DNA from: a virus
Lineage: Duplodnaviria; Caudoviricetes
Length of the DNA: 64,000 bases
Virus record (IMG/VR): IMGVR_UViG_3300026546_000001
Coordinates: 1-64,000 of that record
Strand: one strand, 5' to 3'
Of this stretch, positions 41,583 to 49,897 are shown piece by piece. Each line of letters starts with the position of its first letter. Position 1 is the first letter of the stretch. Made by a program: the position numbers and the translations under genes. Below the pieces are notes generated by a model. The model made no database searches, was not told the DNA's origin, and saw nothing but the letters and a program-made list of their open reading frames with translations.

Positions 41583-41609
41583 TAAACAATATTAATATAT
41601 GTTATATAA
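41583..41609 (+). promoter_or_regulatory. TAAAC-N17-TATAA motif upstream of uvsX
   Basis: TAAAC 41583-41587, TATAA 41605-41609. Confidence 0.6.
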
Positions 41610-41628
41610 AAAATAAAAAATATATTAT

Positions 41629-42846
41629 ATGGCAAAAAAAGCAAAAAAAACAGTATCGTTTAGTGATATTGGAAAAATTGTAGAAGATTCAATTGGTAAA
41701 ACTTCAATTATTTTAGAAGATGAAGAACATTCTACACCAGTTAAATATACTGATACTGGAATTTATTTATTAAACGCATTATTTACAACAGATATATTTA
41801 AAGGTATACCATCTAATAGAATTATTGCATTAGCGGGAGCTGAAGGAGTTGGTAAAAGTTTTCTTTGTTATAATATTGCGCGTGAAGCGCAACGTGATAA
41901 TGGATACGTAATATTTATTGATACTGAATATTCAATTGAAATTGAAAAGTTAAAACCATTTGGAATTGATACAAGTAAAGATAAATTTAAATTAATACGT
42001 TCAAATGTAATAGAAGATATTAAAATATGGTTTGCTAAATTTCTTAAAAATATAAAAGAATTAAAACAAACTGGTGCTGAATTACCAAACATTACAATAT
42101 TTTTAGATTCAGCTGGTGCGTTAGCAAGTAGAAAAGAAATGACTGATGCACAAGAAGGTAAAGAAAAAGCTGATATGACAAGAGCTAAAGTTATGGGAAG
42201 TCTCTTCCGCATTATTATGTCAGATTTAGGTTATTTAGGAATTCCATTAATTGTAACTAATCATACATATTTAACAACAGATTTATTTCCACAAGAAATA
42301 ATGAAAGGTGGTAAAGGTTTGTATTATAGTGCTAGTATTATTGTATTTATGTCTAAAGCTAAATTAAAAACAGGCGCTGAAAGTACTATGGATATGGGGC
42401 AATCTGGAATTGTTGTAACAGCTAAATCAAAGAAAAATAGATTAGCAAAACCTAAACAAATAAAATTTGAAATAGATTTTACTAAAGGTTGTAATCCATA
42501 TAAGGGTTTAGAAGCATTTTGTTTACCACAATTTTTTGATAAAGTTGGTATTGCGAAAGGTAAATTTGATAAAGATGGTAATTTTGTACCAGGTGGAAAT
42601 AAGTGGGCAATAAAGCATTTAAACAAAACAGTTTGGGAAAAACAATTACATACACCTGAAATTTTCACAGAAGATGTATTAAAAGCACTTCAACCAATTA
42701 TTAAAGATTATTTTTCTTATAAAGATCATCAAGAATTAGAAGAAATGTGGAATGAAGTAAAAGATTTAGAACAAGAATATGAACAAGAATTAGAATCATT
42801 AGGAGTTGCAGCAGATGATATATCAGATACTGATTTATTTGAATAA
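41629..42846 (+). CDS. uvsX: UvsX/RecA-like recombinase
   Basis: DTGIYLLNAL, AGAEGVGKS, FIDTE, FLDSAGALASRKE, DMTRAK, VTNHTY, KGGKGLYYSAS. Confidence 0.93.
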   Translation: MAKKAKKTVSFSDIGKIVEDSIGKTSIILEDEEHSTPVKYTDTGIYLLNALFTTDIFKGIPSNRIIALAGAEGVGKSFLCYNIAREAQRDNGYVIFIDTEYSIEIEKLKPFGIDTSKDKFKLIRSNVIEDIKIWFAKFLKNIKELKQTGAELPNITIFLDSAGALASRKEMTDAQEGKEKADMTRAKVMGSLFRIIMSDLGYLGIPLIVTNHTYLTTDLFPQEIMKGGKGLYYSASIIVFMSKAKLKTGAESTMDMGQSGIVVTAKSKKNRLAKPKQIKFEIDFTKGCNPYKGLEAFCLPQFFDKVGIAKGKFDKDGNFVPGGNKWAIKHLNKTVWEKQLHTPEIFTEDVLKALQPIIKDYFSYKDHQELEEMWNEVKDLEQEYEQELESLGVAADDISDTDLFE

Positions 42847-42867
42847 TACATTATCATAATTTTTTTA

Positions 42868-42900
42868 AAAAAATCGCTAATTTAAATTAGTGATTTTTTT
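42868..42900 (+). terminator. Intrinsic terminator after uvsX
   Basis: AAAAAATCGCTAAT-TTAA-ATTAGTGATTTTTTT. Confidence 0.75.
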
Positions 42901-42925
42901 TATATAATAAAAATAGCTTTAAGTA

Positions 42926-43288
42926 ATGCAACATTCTATATTTGAAACAGATTTTTTTAAAAAAATCGAAAAAGATCCAAAAGCAATTACAATACCATAT
43001 ATGAAATCATATGGGCCAATTATAACTGATGAAAATATAAATAAATTACTTGAAGAACTAATGATAGATTATTTTGTTAAAAAAGATTTAATTCAACAAC
43101 ATTATAAAGAATATAAACCATTAAGAAGTGATTATTATCAAATGAATTTTTTTGAAAAAGAATTACGATCTAGAATTGGTAAACAACAATTAAAAATGGA
43201 CTTTTTAAATATTGATCCTACACATAATATAAAAGAACAATTTGAAAAAATAATTAATGATAATAATTTTGAATATTTTCTCATATAA
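42926..43288 (+). CDS. Hypothetical protein
   Basis: ORF track. Confidence 0.7.
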   Translation: MQHSIFETDFFKKIEKDPKAITIPYMKSYGPIITDENINKLLEELMIDYFVKKDLIQQHYKEYKPLRSDYYQMNFFEKELRSRIGKQQLKMDFLNIDPTHNIKEQFEKIINDNNFEYFLI

Positions 43289-43384
43289 TTAATATATTAA
43301 AATATAATTGTTGAATAAAAAATAATTTATTATTAATATTATATATAATGATTAATTTAATATATAAAAAAACTATAAATACGA

Positions 43385-44116
43385 ATGCCAATTAAAGGAA
43401 AACATCTTGTTGATAATACAATATCACAGGAAAAATTAAATATTACAACAGACTCGGTTATTTATGATACAGATATAACTAATAAAGAATACGTTGATTC
43501 TGTAATTGATGATCAAGTATCTAATATTAGATATAATAAATTAAATAGAAACATGCAGGCTTTAAACGCAGGAGTTGGAGACAAAGCGTGTGAAGATGCA
43601 ATCATTGAATTTAATATTACTAACGTTAGAGTAACAGTTAATGGTGTTGATGTAAATGTTGGTCCTGGACTTGACTGCTATTTTTCAAATGATGGTGGTA
43701 TAACAGCAAAAGAATTAGGACAAGAACAAAAGGGTGATTTTTTATACTGGAATTCAAGCAAATATATGCTAGATTCTTCTGATGAAATTGATTTTATTTA
43801 CCTAGTTGCGTATGAATATTTAGTTGAAGGAGCAAATGGAACTATTATAGTTGATCCAACATATGACAATGTTGTAGTTGAATACACTGGAGATCCTGGT
43901 ACCACATCAATTGTTACGATAGAAGATGAAGATTTTATTGTAGGAAATGTGAATGGTAATTTTGTTTGGGATATTGGTGGAACAAATGAACATACATTTA
44001 CATCTGTAAATGAATCTATAGTTCAAAATATAAATGGAAATGATTATACTATTTGGTATGATGGACAAGGTAGTTTAATATTCAGTGTTGCTAAAGGTAA
44101 TCACACAATGATTTAA
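43385..44116 (+). CDS. Virion structural protein (short form); in frame with the downstream BACON repeats
   Basis: Acidic beta-rich protein with DITNKEYVD tail-fibre-like motif; TAA at 44114-44116 is followed directly by an open frame. Confidence 0.75.
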   Translation: MPIKGKHLVDNTISQEKLNITTDSVIYDTDITNKEYVDSVIDDQVSNIRYNKLNRNMQALNAGVGDKACEDAIIEFNITNVRVTVNGVDVNVGPGLDCYFSNDGGITAKELGQEQKGDFLYWNSSKYMLDSSDEIDFIYLVAYEYLVEGANGTIIVDPTYDNVVVEYTGDPGTTSIVTIEDEDFIVGNVNGNFVWDIGGTNEHTFTSVNESIVQNINGNDYTIWYDGQGSLIFSVAKGNHTMI

Positions 44117-45481
44117 TATTATTTAAATGCAACTCCTACAACATTTAATTTATCAAGTTCATCATCAAATAATAATCAAATTAATATAAATAGTAATGTT
44201 AATTGGTCTGCAAGCGTAACACAAGGTTCTGATTTTATAACATTAAATGTAACAAATGGCACAGATGATGGAACAGTTACGTTTAATGTTAATGAAAACA
44301 CTAATGTTGAAACAAGTAGATCTGGAAAAATAACAATTGTAAATGATAGTGGAATTGTTGATGATATTATTATAACAATTAATCAAGAAGGAGAATATGC
44401 GTATCTTAGTGTTGATCCTTCTAGTTTTTATTATGATAGTAATTCTCATTATAATGAAGATATATCAGTGTCATCAAATAACGATTGGACTGTAGTGTCT
44501 GGAGATGATATATGGATAAATTTAAGTAATGATAGTGGAAGTGGAAATGGAACAATTAGTTTTGATATAGAAGAAAATACATCAACTGACAATAGGAGCA
44601 CGTATATATATGTTGAAGATTCATTTGGAAATAGTGAGAATATTACAATTGATCAAGATGGAGCACCTGCATACATAAACGTTAGTCCAACATATTTTTC
44701 TGTACCTTACAATTCTAGCAATGGAGAAATAATTAATGTATCATCTAATAATTCTTGGTCAGCATCATGTAATGATTCATGGATAACTATAACAACTGCA
44801 AGTGGAAATAATGATGGATCTATTGATTTTGATATATCAGAAAATACATCGACTGATAGTAGAAATACGTATATATATGTTGAAGATTCATTTGGAAATT
44901 ACCAAACAGTTAATATTGATCAAGACGGTGCACCATCCTATATAAGTGCTAATCCAACATCATTTTCGTTTGATTACAATAGTCAAAATGGTCAATCAAT
45001 TAGTATTAGTTCCAATGATACATGGAATGCATCATGTAATGATTCATGGATAAATATTCAAACAAGTAATGGTACTGGAAATGGTCCAGTTGATTTTGAT
45101 GTTGAAGAAAATACAGATACAAGTTCATCTAGATCAACAACAATAGAAATAAGTACAAATGGAGGTGAATCAGTAAGTGTTACAATTGATCAAGATCCAG
45201 CGCCAGTTCAATTAGATGCTTCACCTCAATCGTTTTCCTTTGATTCATCTAGTCATTATGATGAATATATAGATATCACATCAAATACTAGTTGGAGTGC
45301 ATATTCAAATGAATCTTGGATTTTAGTTAATACTTCTTCAGGAACTGGAAATGGTTCAGTTGATTTCAATGTCGAAGAAAATACAGATCAATCTCAACGA
45401 AGTGGATCAATTGTGATATCTGATGATGATGGAAATATTAGTATTACTGTTACAATTGATCAAGATGGAGCAGTTATTTAA
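44117..45481 (+). CDS. Five tandem BACON (Ig-like) domains, in-frame continuation of 43385-44116
   Basis: Repeats of lxvxPxxf...ISSNxxWxAs.ndsWi....GxGnGxvxFxvxENT...Rsxxi.i....xtixQdG. The frame is open from 44117 but has no ATG/GTG/TTG until 44468, which falls inside domain 2. Confidence 0.85.
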   Translation, partial: YYLNATPTTFNLSSSSSNNNQININSNVNWSASVTQGSDFITLNVTNGTDDGTVTFNVNENTNVETSRSGKITIVNDSGIVDDIIITINQEGEYAYLSVDPSSFYYDSNSHYNEDISVSSNNDWTVVSGDDIWINLSNDSGSGNGTISFDIEENTSTDNRSTYIYVEDSFGNSENITIDQDGAPAYINVSPTYFSVPYNSSNGEIINVSSNNSWSASCNDSWITITTASGNNDGSIDFDISENTSTDSRNTYIYVEDSFGNYQTVNIDQDGAPSYISANPTSFSFDYNSQNGQSISISSNDTWNASCNDSWINIQTSNGTGNGPVDFDVEENTDTSSSRSTTIEISTNGGESVSVTIDQDPAPVQLDASPQSFSFDSSSHYDEYIDITSNTSWSAYSNESWILVNTSSGTGNGSVDFNVEENTDQSQRSGSIVISDDDGNISITVTIDQDGAVI

Positions 45482-45483
45482 TA

Positions 45484-45891
45484 TTAAATTTCTATATAAA
45501 CACTATACAAATGGTACGACATCATAGTCGTACCATTTAATGTTGCTATACCTATAGGTTCAAGTGTAGCATATTCTAATGCGTCATAAAATGCTTGTTG
45601 TGTAATAAACTTATTTGTAATATATTTAATTTTACCATACACGCCAATATTATCTTTAAAAGGATAAAATAATCCAATAACATCAAATAAACTTAATTCT
45701 AAATTTTCAGGTTTTGAATGTGTTATAAATATATTAGAAGCAAATATAACATTTTTTGAATACTTTACATCAGTATATAATTCACTATAATAATCATCAA
45801 ATTTAAAAAGATACATTTTTTCATAATCTTCAAAATGATTATCATAAAAGAATTCATTATTATTGTTTGTATATCTAATATATTTTTTCAT
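45484..45891 (-). CDS. Hypothetical protein
   Basis: ORF track; directly downstream of nusG. Confidence 0.65.
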   Translation of the reverse strand: MKKYIRYTNNNNEFFYDNHFEDYEKMYLFKFDDYYSELYTDVKYSKNVIFASNIFITHSKPENLELSLFDVIGLFYPFKDNIGVYGKIKYITNKFITQQAFYDALEYATLEPIGIATLNGTTMMSYHLYSVYIEI

Positions 45892-45894
45892 TAA

Positions 45895-46416
45895 TTAATA
45901 TACTTTTTTAATAGAATCAAAAGATAATTCAACATCAGTTGGACGTCCAAAAATTTTAACTTCTACATTAACTCTTCCTTTACTTTCATCAACTTTTGTA
46001 ATAACACCTTCAAATGTTGAAAATGGTCCATCTACTATTGATATTTTTTCACCTTCCATCCAAATAGAATCTGTGTTTATTTTTTCCATTTTACCTAATA
46101 AACGTGTAATTTCATTTTCTGGAATTCGTGTTGGAACTGCGCGTTTTTCACCCATAAATCCTAATACACCTGGAACAGATAGTAATGATTTAATAACATA
46201 ATCCTTTGAAAGATCTGCGTTTAATATTACATATCCAGGTAATAATGGACGTTCCTTTGTTACGCGTTTATGTTTTTTAATTTCTAAATATTTTTCCATC
46301 GGAACAATAACTTGAGAAACGTATTCAGATAAATTATCAAGTTTTATTTTATTTTCTAAATTAGACTTAACTTTATTATCTTGTCCTTTTGCAACTTTCA
46401 ATATATACCAATTCAT
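45895..46416 (-). CDS. nusG: Transcription elongation/antitermination factor NusG
   Basis: WYILKVAKGQDNKV, LLPGYV, VPGVLGFMG, KOW IVDGPFSTFEGVI, VKIFGRPTDVELSF. Confidence 0.95.
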   Translation of the reverse strand: MNWYILKVAKGQDNKVKSNLENKIKLDNLSEYVSQVIVPMEKYLEIKKHKRVTKERPLLPGYVILNADLSKDYVIKSLLSVPGVLGFMGEKRAVPTRIPENEITRLLGKMEKINTDSIWMEGEKISIVDGPFSTFEGVITKVDESKGRVNVEVKIFGRPTDVELSFDSIKKVY

Positions 46417-46525
46417 AATATAAGATTTATTTTTTTAATAAGAAATTTATAATTGGGAAATTATAAGAATATATTTTATATATGAAAAATATTTGTTTAT
46501 GTTTAATTATTTAAAAATATTTTTT

Positions 46526-46533
46526 TATATTTG
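46526..46533 (+). promoter_or_regulatory. Bacteroidota-type -7 promoter element TAnnTTTG (TATATTTG)
   Basis: 22 nt upstream of ATG 46556; identical octamer upstream of genes starting at 48000 and 50758. Confidence 0.6.
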
Positions 46534-46555
46534 TATGTAATAAAATTAAATTAAA

Positions 46556-47064
46556 ATGGGAAGATCAAATAACAAAGTTCACGTTCAAATTAATTCATTA
46601 GAAGCACTTGAAAGATTACTTGGTAATGATGCTGAATTTGAATTTGATATTAGAAATAATATAGTTCAAAAATTTACAGAAAAACATTTAAAACAAGTTG
46701 CTAATTCTGAATTAATGAAAGCAGCTGAAGAAAAAATTAAAGAATATATTTATAAAAAAAAGGTTATAAAACTGTGTTAAATCCTAAATTTGCAAAAAAA
46801 ATTGAAGATGAAGTTAATTTTGTATATAAACAAATGTTAAATAAGAAATTTTATGATTTAAAACAAATACATTTAAATTCTTTAAATGAAAGATTAAAAG
46901 ATTTTGAAGATAATGTATTAGAATCATATATTGATGAAAAAATTAACACAAAACTTAAAAAAGTTGTTGATGCCAAAGTTGATGCTAAAATAAAAAGAAT
47001 AATTAGATTAATAAATGAAGATGAAACTGGAGATAAAAAAGTTAGTTCCATGTCTAATCTTTAA
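46556..47064 (+). CDS. Hypothetical helical protein encoded in two overlapping frames (46556-46780 and 46774-47064), joined by a -1 shift at A-AAA-AAG
   Basis: A8 run at 46754-46761; a -1 shift gives ...YIYKKKGYKTVLNP..., a 169-aa product. Confidence 0.6.
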
Positions 47065-47495
47065 TCTGTTATAGAATCTAATGGAACATTATAATCCATA
47101 CATAAATTATAATAAAATTCTAAAAAATTTTCTAATTCGACATTAATATTTTTAATGTCGATTTTTTTTGAAAATGTTACAACATTATCTGCCCAATTGT
47201 TAGTTTCATATGTTATTTTTTCAAAAAAATATTCATTTTTTTCAAAGTAAATTTGTAATTTTTCAATTGCATCTAATGATAATCTAAAATATTTTAATGG
47301 AATATCATAAATCTTTTGCATTTCAGTTACGATATTTACATATCGCAATTTTTTATTTAAATGACTTATTTCAAATGAAGCTACTACTAAATCATCATCT
47401 CTTTTTCTTTCAAAAAATCTAAATATTAATATATGATCTATTTGATCTAATCCATGTTTTTTAACTAAATTGTTAACTTCATTTTTTAATAACAT
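47061..47495 (-). CDS. Hypothetical protein
   Basis: ORF track. Confidence 0.65.
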   Translation of the reverse strand: MLLKNEVNNLVKKHGLDQIDHILIFRFFERKRDDDLVVASFEISHLNKKLRYVNIVTEMQKIYDIPLKYFRLSLDAIEKLQIYFEKNEYFFEKITYETNNWADNVVTFSKKIDIKNINVELENFLEFYYNLCMDYNVPLDSITD

Positions 47496-47499
47496 TAAT

Positions 47500-48000
47500 T
47501 TAATTACTATTTTTTCTTTCTTCCTTAAGACGTTCCATGTTTTTATGATGAAAATATCTTAATTCATCTACTTCTTTTTTTAAAGCATCTTTATATGCAA
47601 TTGCTAACATTGTAAAAAATTTTTTAAAAGTGTAATAAATATAAACTAATTTTGGTTGTTCATTTTTATATTTTAACACCTTAATTATATTTAATTTATT
47701 ATCACTAAAAAAAGTTCTAATGCCATAAACTCTTACATTATATATTCCAGGTTTTTGTAATTTTTGCCAATCTTCATCAGCATCTAAATTTAATAGTATT
47801 AAATTTTTAAAAAAAGCTAAATTTAAATCTCTATCATATGGAACATAAAAAATATGTTTATCTGTTGTTATAACTTTTCTTATAATTTTACCATTTTCGG
47901 TTGTTTGAACAGCTTTAACAACATTAATTGTTATATTTTTATAACTTGCAAAAAATATAACAATAATTAAAATTGAAGTGTAAAAAATTATTTTTCTCAT
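47500..48000 (-). CDS. Membrane-anchored phage protein
   Basis: N-terminal TM segment; GIYNVRVYGIRTFF..NIIKV. Confidence 0.65.
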   Translation of the reverse strand: MRKIIFYTSILIIVIFFASYKNITINVVKAVQTTENGKIIRKVITTDKHIFYVPYDRDLNLAFFKNLILLNLDADEDWQKLQKPGIYNVRVYGIRTFFSDNKLNIIKVLKYKNEQPKLVYIYYTFKKFFTMLAIAYKDALKKEVDELRYFHHKNMERLKEERKNSN

Positions 48001-48027
48001 GATTACTTATTTATTCGTTTGTTTATA

Positions 48028-48035
48028 CAAATATA
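48028..48035 (-). promoter_or_regulatory. Bacteroidota-type -7 element TATATTTG
   Basis: caaatata on + strand, 27 nt upstream of the ATG at 48000. Confidence 0.6.
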
Positions 48036-48064
48036 ATAAATATTCATAAAATAAAAAAATATTT

Positions 48065-48532
48065 TTAATTATTTTTTAATAAATTTTCGCGTATTCTCAT
48101 TAATAATATTCCAAGTTTATTTTCACCAATTCCATATCTTGTATCAACACCCCAATAATTATCATGCCAATTATTACCTTCAATTAATATATATCCAACA
48201 GTATTTAAAAGATCTTGAGCAAGTTTTGTACCAGGCGCAAATTTTTGAATTAATGCTTCAGTCATAAATTTTAATTTAACAGTATCCCAATCAAGCCTAT
48301 AATCTAATTCATCTTCAAAAATTCGTTTACCAAATAATTTAGCATCCTTAGGTTCTAATATAGACGCAACATGTTTATGAACATTAATATCATAACTTTT
48401 CATTGCTTGATAATAATGTTCTACAGATGGATACATTATTTGATTTTCATCCTTAATTATACATGGATAAAAATTAGATAAAAATCTATATTGTTTCCTA
48501 AAACTTGTTATTGCACCTTTAGAAATATCCAT
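48065..48532 (-). CDS. NADAR (YbiA-like) family hydrolase
   Basis: FLSNFYPC, YPSVEHYYQAMK, DWDTVK, ALIQKF, LIEGNNWHDNYWG, GENKLGILLMRIRE. Confidence 0.93.
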   Translation of the reverse strand: MDISKGAITSFRKQYRFLSNFYPCIIKDENQIMYPSVEHYYQAMKSYDINVHKHVASILEPKDAKLFGKRIFEDELDYRLDWDTVKLKFMTEALIQKFAPGTKLAQDLLNTVGYILIEGNNWHDNYWGVDTRYGIGENKLGILLMRIRENLLKNN

Positions 48533-48735
48533 TACCCCACGCGTGAACGTATTACAATACCATTGTTTATGTCTAAGTTTATTCTTTTTGGATTATAATC
48601 AGCTGAAACTATTAGTGGATTTCCATCTTTTTCTGTAATTCTATAAACTGCTCCAGCTTTTTCAATTCTTTTTTTTGCATCTTCAAATTTCATATTCACA
48701 CAACTTTCTGCAACTTTATCTAAAATTCCTAACAT
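48532..48735 (-). CDS. Small peptidase inhibitor I78-like protein
   Basis: IVSADYNPKRINLDINNGIVIRSRVG matches the TxDyxxxRlnvxvxxgxVxxxxxG pattern. Confidence 0.6.
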   Translation of the reverse strand: MLGILDKVAESCVNMKFEDAKKRIEKAGAVYRITEKDGNPLIVSADYNPKRINLDINNGIVIRSRVG

Positions 48736-48766
48736 AATAATATTTTATTTTTATATTATAAAAAAA

Positions 48767-49468
48767 TTATCCAAAATGTTTTGTATTTTTAGAATGCATA
48801 TATACATCTTCTATTTTTTCTCTATCAGAAGCGTTGTAAATTCTACTTAAATCTATTCCATCTTCTCTTAATAAATTTACACATTTTTTAACGCGTTCAA
48901 TATAAATTTCAGATGTTCCTTTACCTAAATGCGTATTATATTCAGATTTCCAATATTCTGCTCTTTCTTCTAATGTTTTAGGAATTGGTTTTGTATCAAT
49001 TAATATTAACATTCTTGCTGCAATAGCTCCAAATAATGCTGTATTACATAATTCAACACTTGTATTTAACCAATCAATACCAAAATGTTTTAAATTTTTA
49101 TAATATTTTAATAATGATCTATGTGATTTATAATTTTTAGTTTCATTAAATCCTACTTCATTCATTTGAAATGGACCTCTATCTTTATGTCCTAGTCTAA
49201 AAGTTTGAGGATGTGTACCTAACATACTTTCAACCATTGCTATTTCTAATAAAAATAAATGTCCACCTATATTTTTATTTGGATTTAACATTTTAATAGC
49301 AGTGTTTATTGATTTACTTATTAATTTATAATTATTTCCAATATTATTAATTCCTTTTTTAGGAACAACTGCAAGTTTAAATATTTTGTGATTTGGTAAA
49401 TTACTTAAATCTTCTTTAAATTGTTGTATTGGAGACATTGCATATTCATTAAATGCGTAAATTTTCAT
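48767..49468 (-). CDS. Lysozyme-like (lytic transglycosylase-type) protein with capsid-targeting-like N-terminus
   Basis: IAMVES (candidate catalytic Glu), RGPFQM (GxxQ), AEYWKSEYNTHLGKGT; N-terminus MKIYAFNEY. Confidence 0.6.
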   Translation of the reverse strand: MKIYAFNEYAMSPIQQFKEDLSNLPNHKIFKLAVVPKKGINNIGNNYKLISKSINTAIKMLNPNKNIGGHLFLLEIAMVESMLGTHPQTFRLGHKDRGPFQMNEVGFNETKNYKSHRSLLKYYKNLKHFGIDWLNTSVELCNTALFGAIAARMLILIDTKPIPKTLEERAEYWKSEYNTHLGKGTSEIYIERVKKCVNLLREDGIDLSRIYNASDREKIEDVYMHSKNTKHFG

Positions 49469-49501
49469 TATAAAAATATAATTTTAATTATATATTAAAA
49501 T

Positions 49502-49534
49502 AAAAAAAGAGATATATTAAAAATATATCTCTTT
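49502..49534 (-). terminator. Intrinsic terminator directly after the tmRNA
   Basis: AAAGAGATATAT-TAAAA-ATATATCTCTTT hairpin with a T-run on the minus strand. Confidence 0.8.
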
Positions 49535-49535
49535 G

Positions 49536-49881
49536 TGGACGTTACGGGAGTCGAACCCGTGTCCGATACGTTGTCATAAGTATAATCTACATGCTTAGTA
49601 TTTTTAAGGTAAAATACAAACCATAAAATTTGTCATTTTTATTAATTCATTTTAGTAATAAAATAACAAAAAATACTAAAATATAACTTCTTTATGACTA
49701 CCAATATGATTTAACGAAGTTATTAAATCTAGTAGTTTGCATTGTAATTCTTAATCACGCTGCAAATGCAAAAGTTTCTTTGCCATTTATAATTGTTCTG
49801 CAAAAAGTTTAACGAGATTATTACAATTACTCGACATGCATATACTTATAATCAATGTACGTCAAAAGCCAAATAACGCCC
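49536..49881 (-). ncRNA. ssrA: tmRNA (transfer-messenger RNA), tag peptide (A)GKETFAFAA
   Basis: 5' GGGCGTTATTTGGCTTTTGAC; 3' GGACACGGGTTCGACTCCCGTAACGTCCA with T-arm; acceptor stem GGGCGTT/AACGTCC with G3-U wobble and discriminator A; internal ATAAAT-GGC AAA GAA ACT TTT GCA TTT GCA GCG TGA (49784-49755); 346 nt. Confidence 0.95.
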
Positions 49882-49897
49882 ATATTTTAACTATATA

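Noticed and set aside
44468-45481. Independent BACON gene starting at GTG 44468
   Set aside because: The start falls inside domain 2, and the frame encodes an intact domain for 117 codons upstream.
49536-49566. tRNA gene or attachment-site remnant
   Set aside because: The T-arm and acceptor half pair with a 5' end about 340 nt away and enclose a tag frame, so this is a tmRNA.
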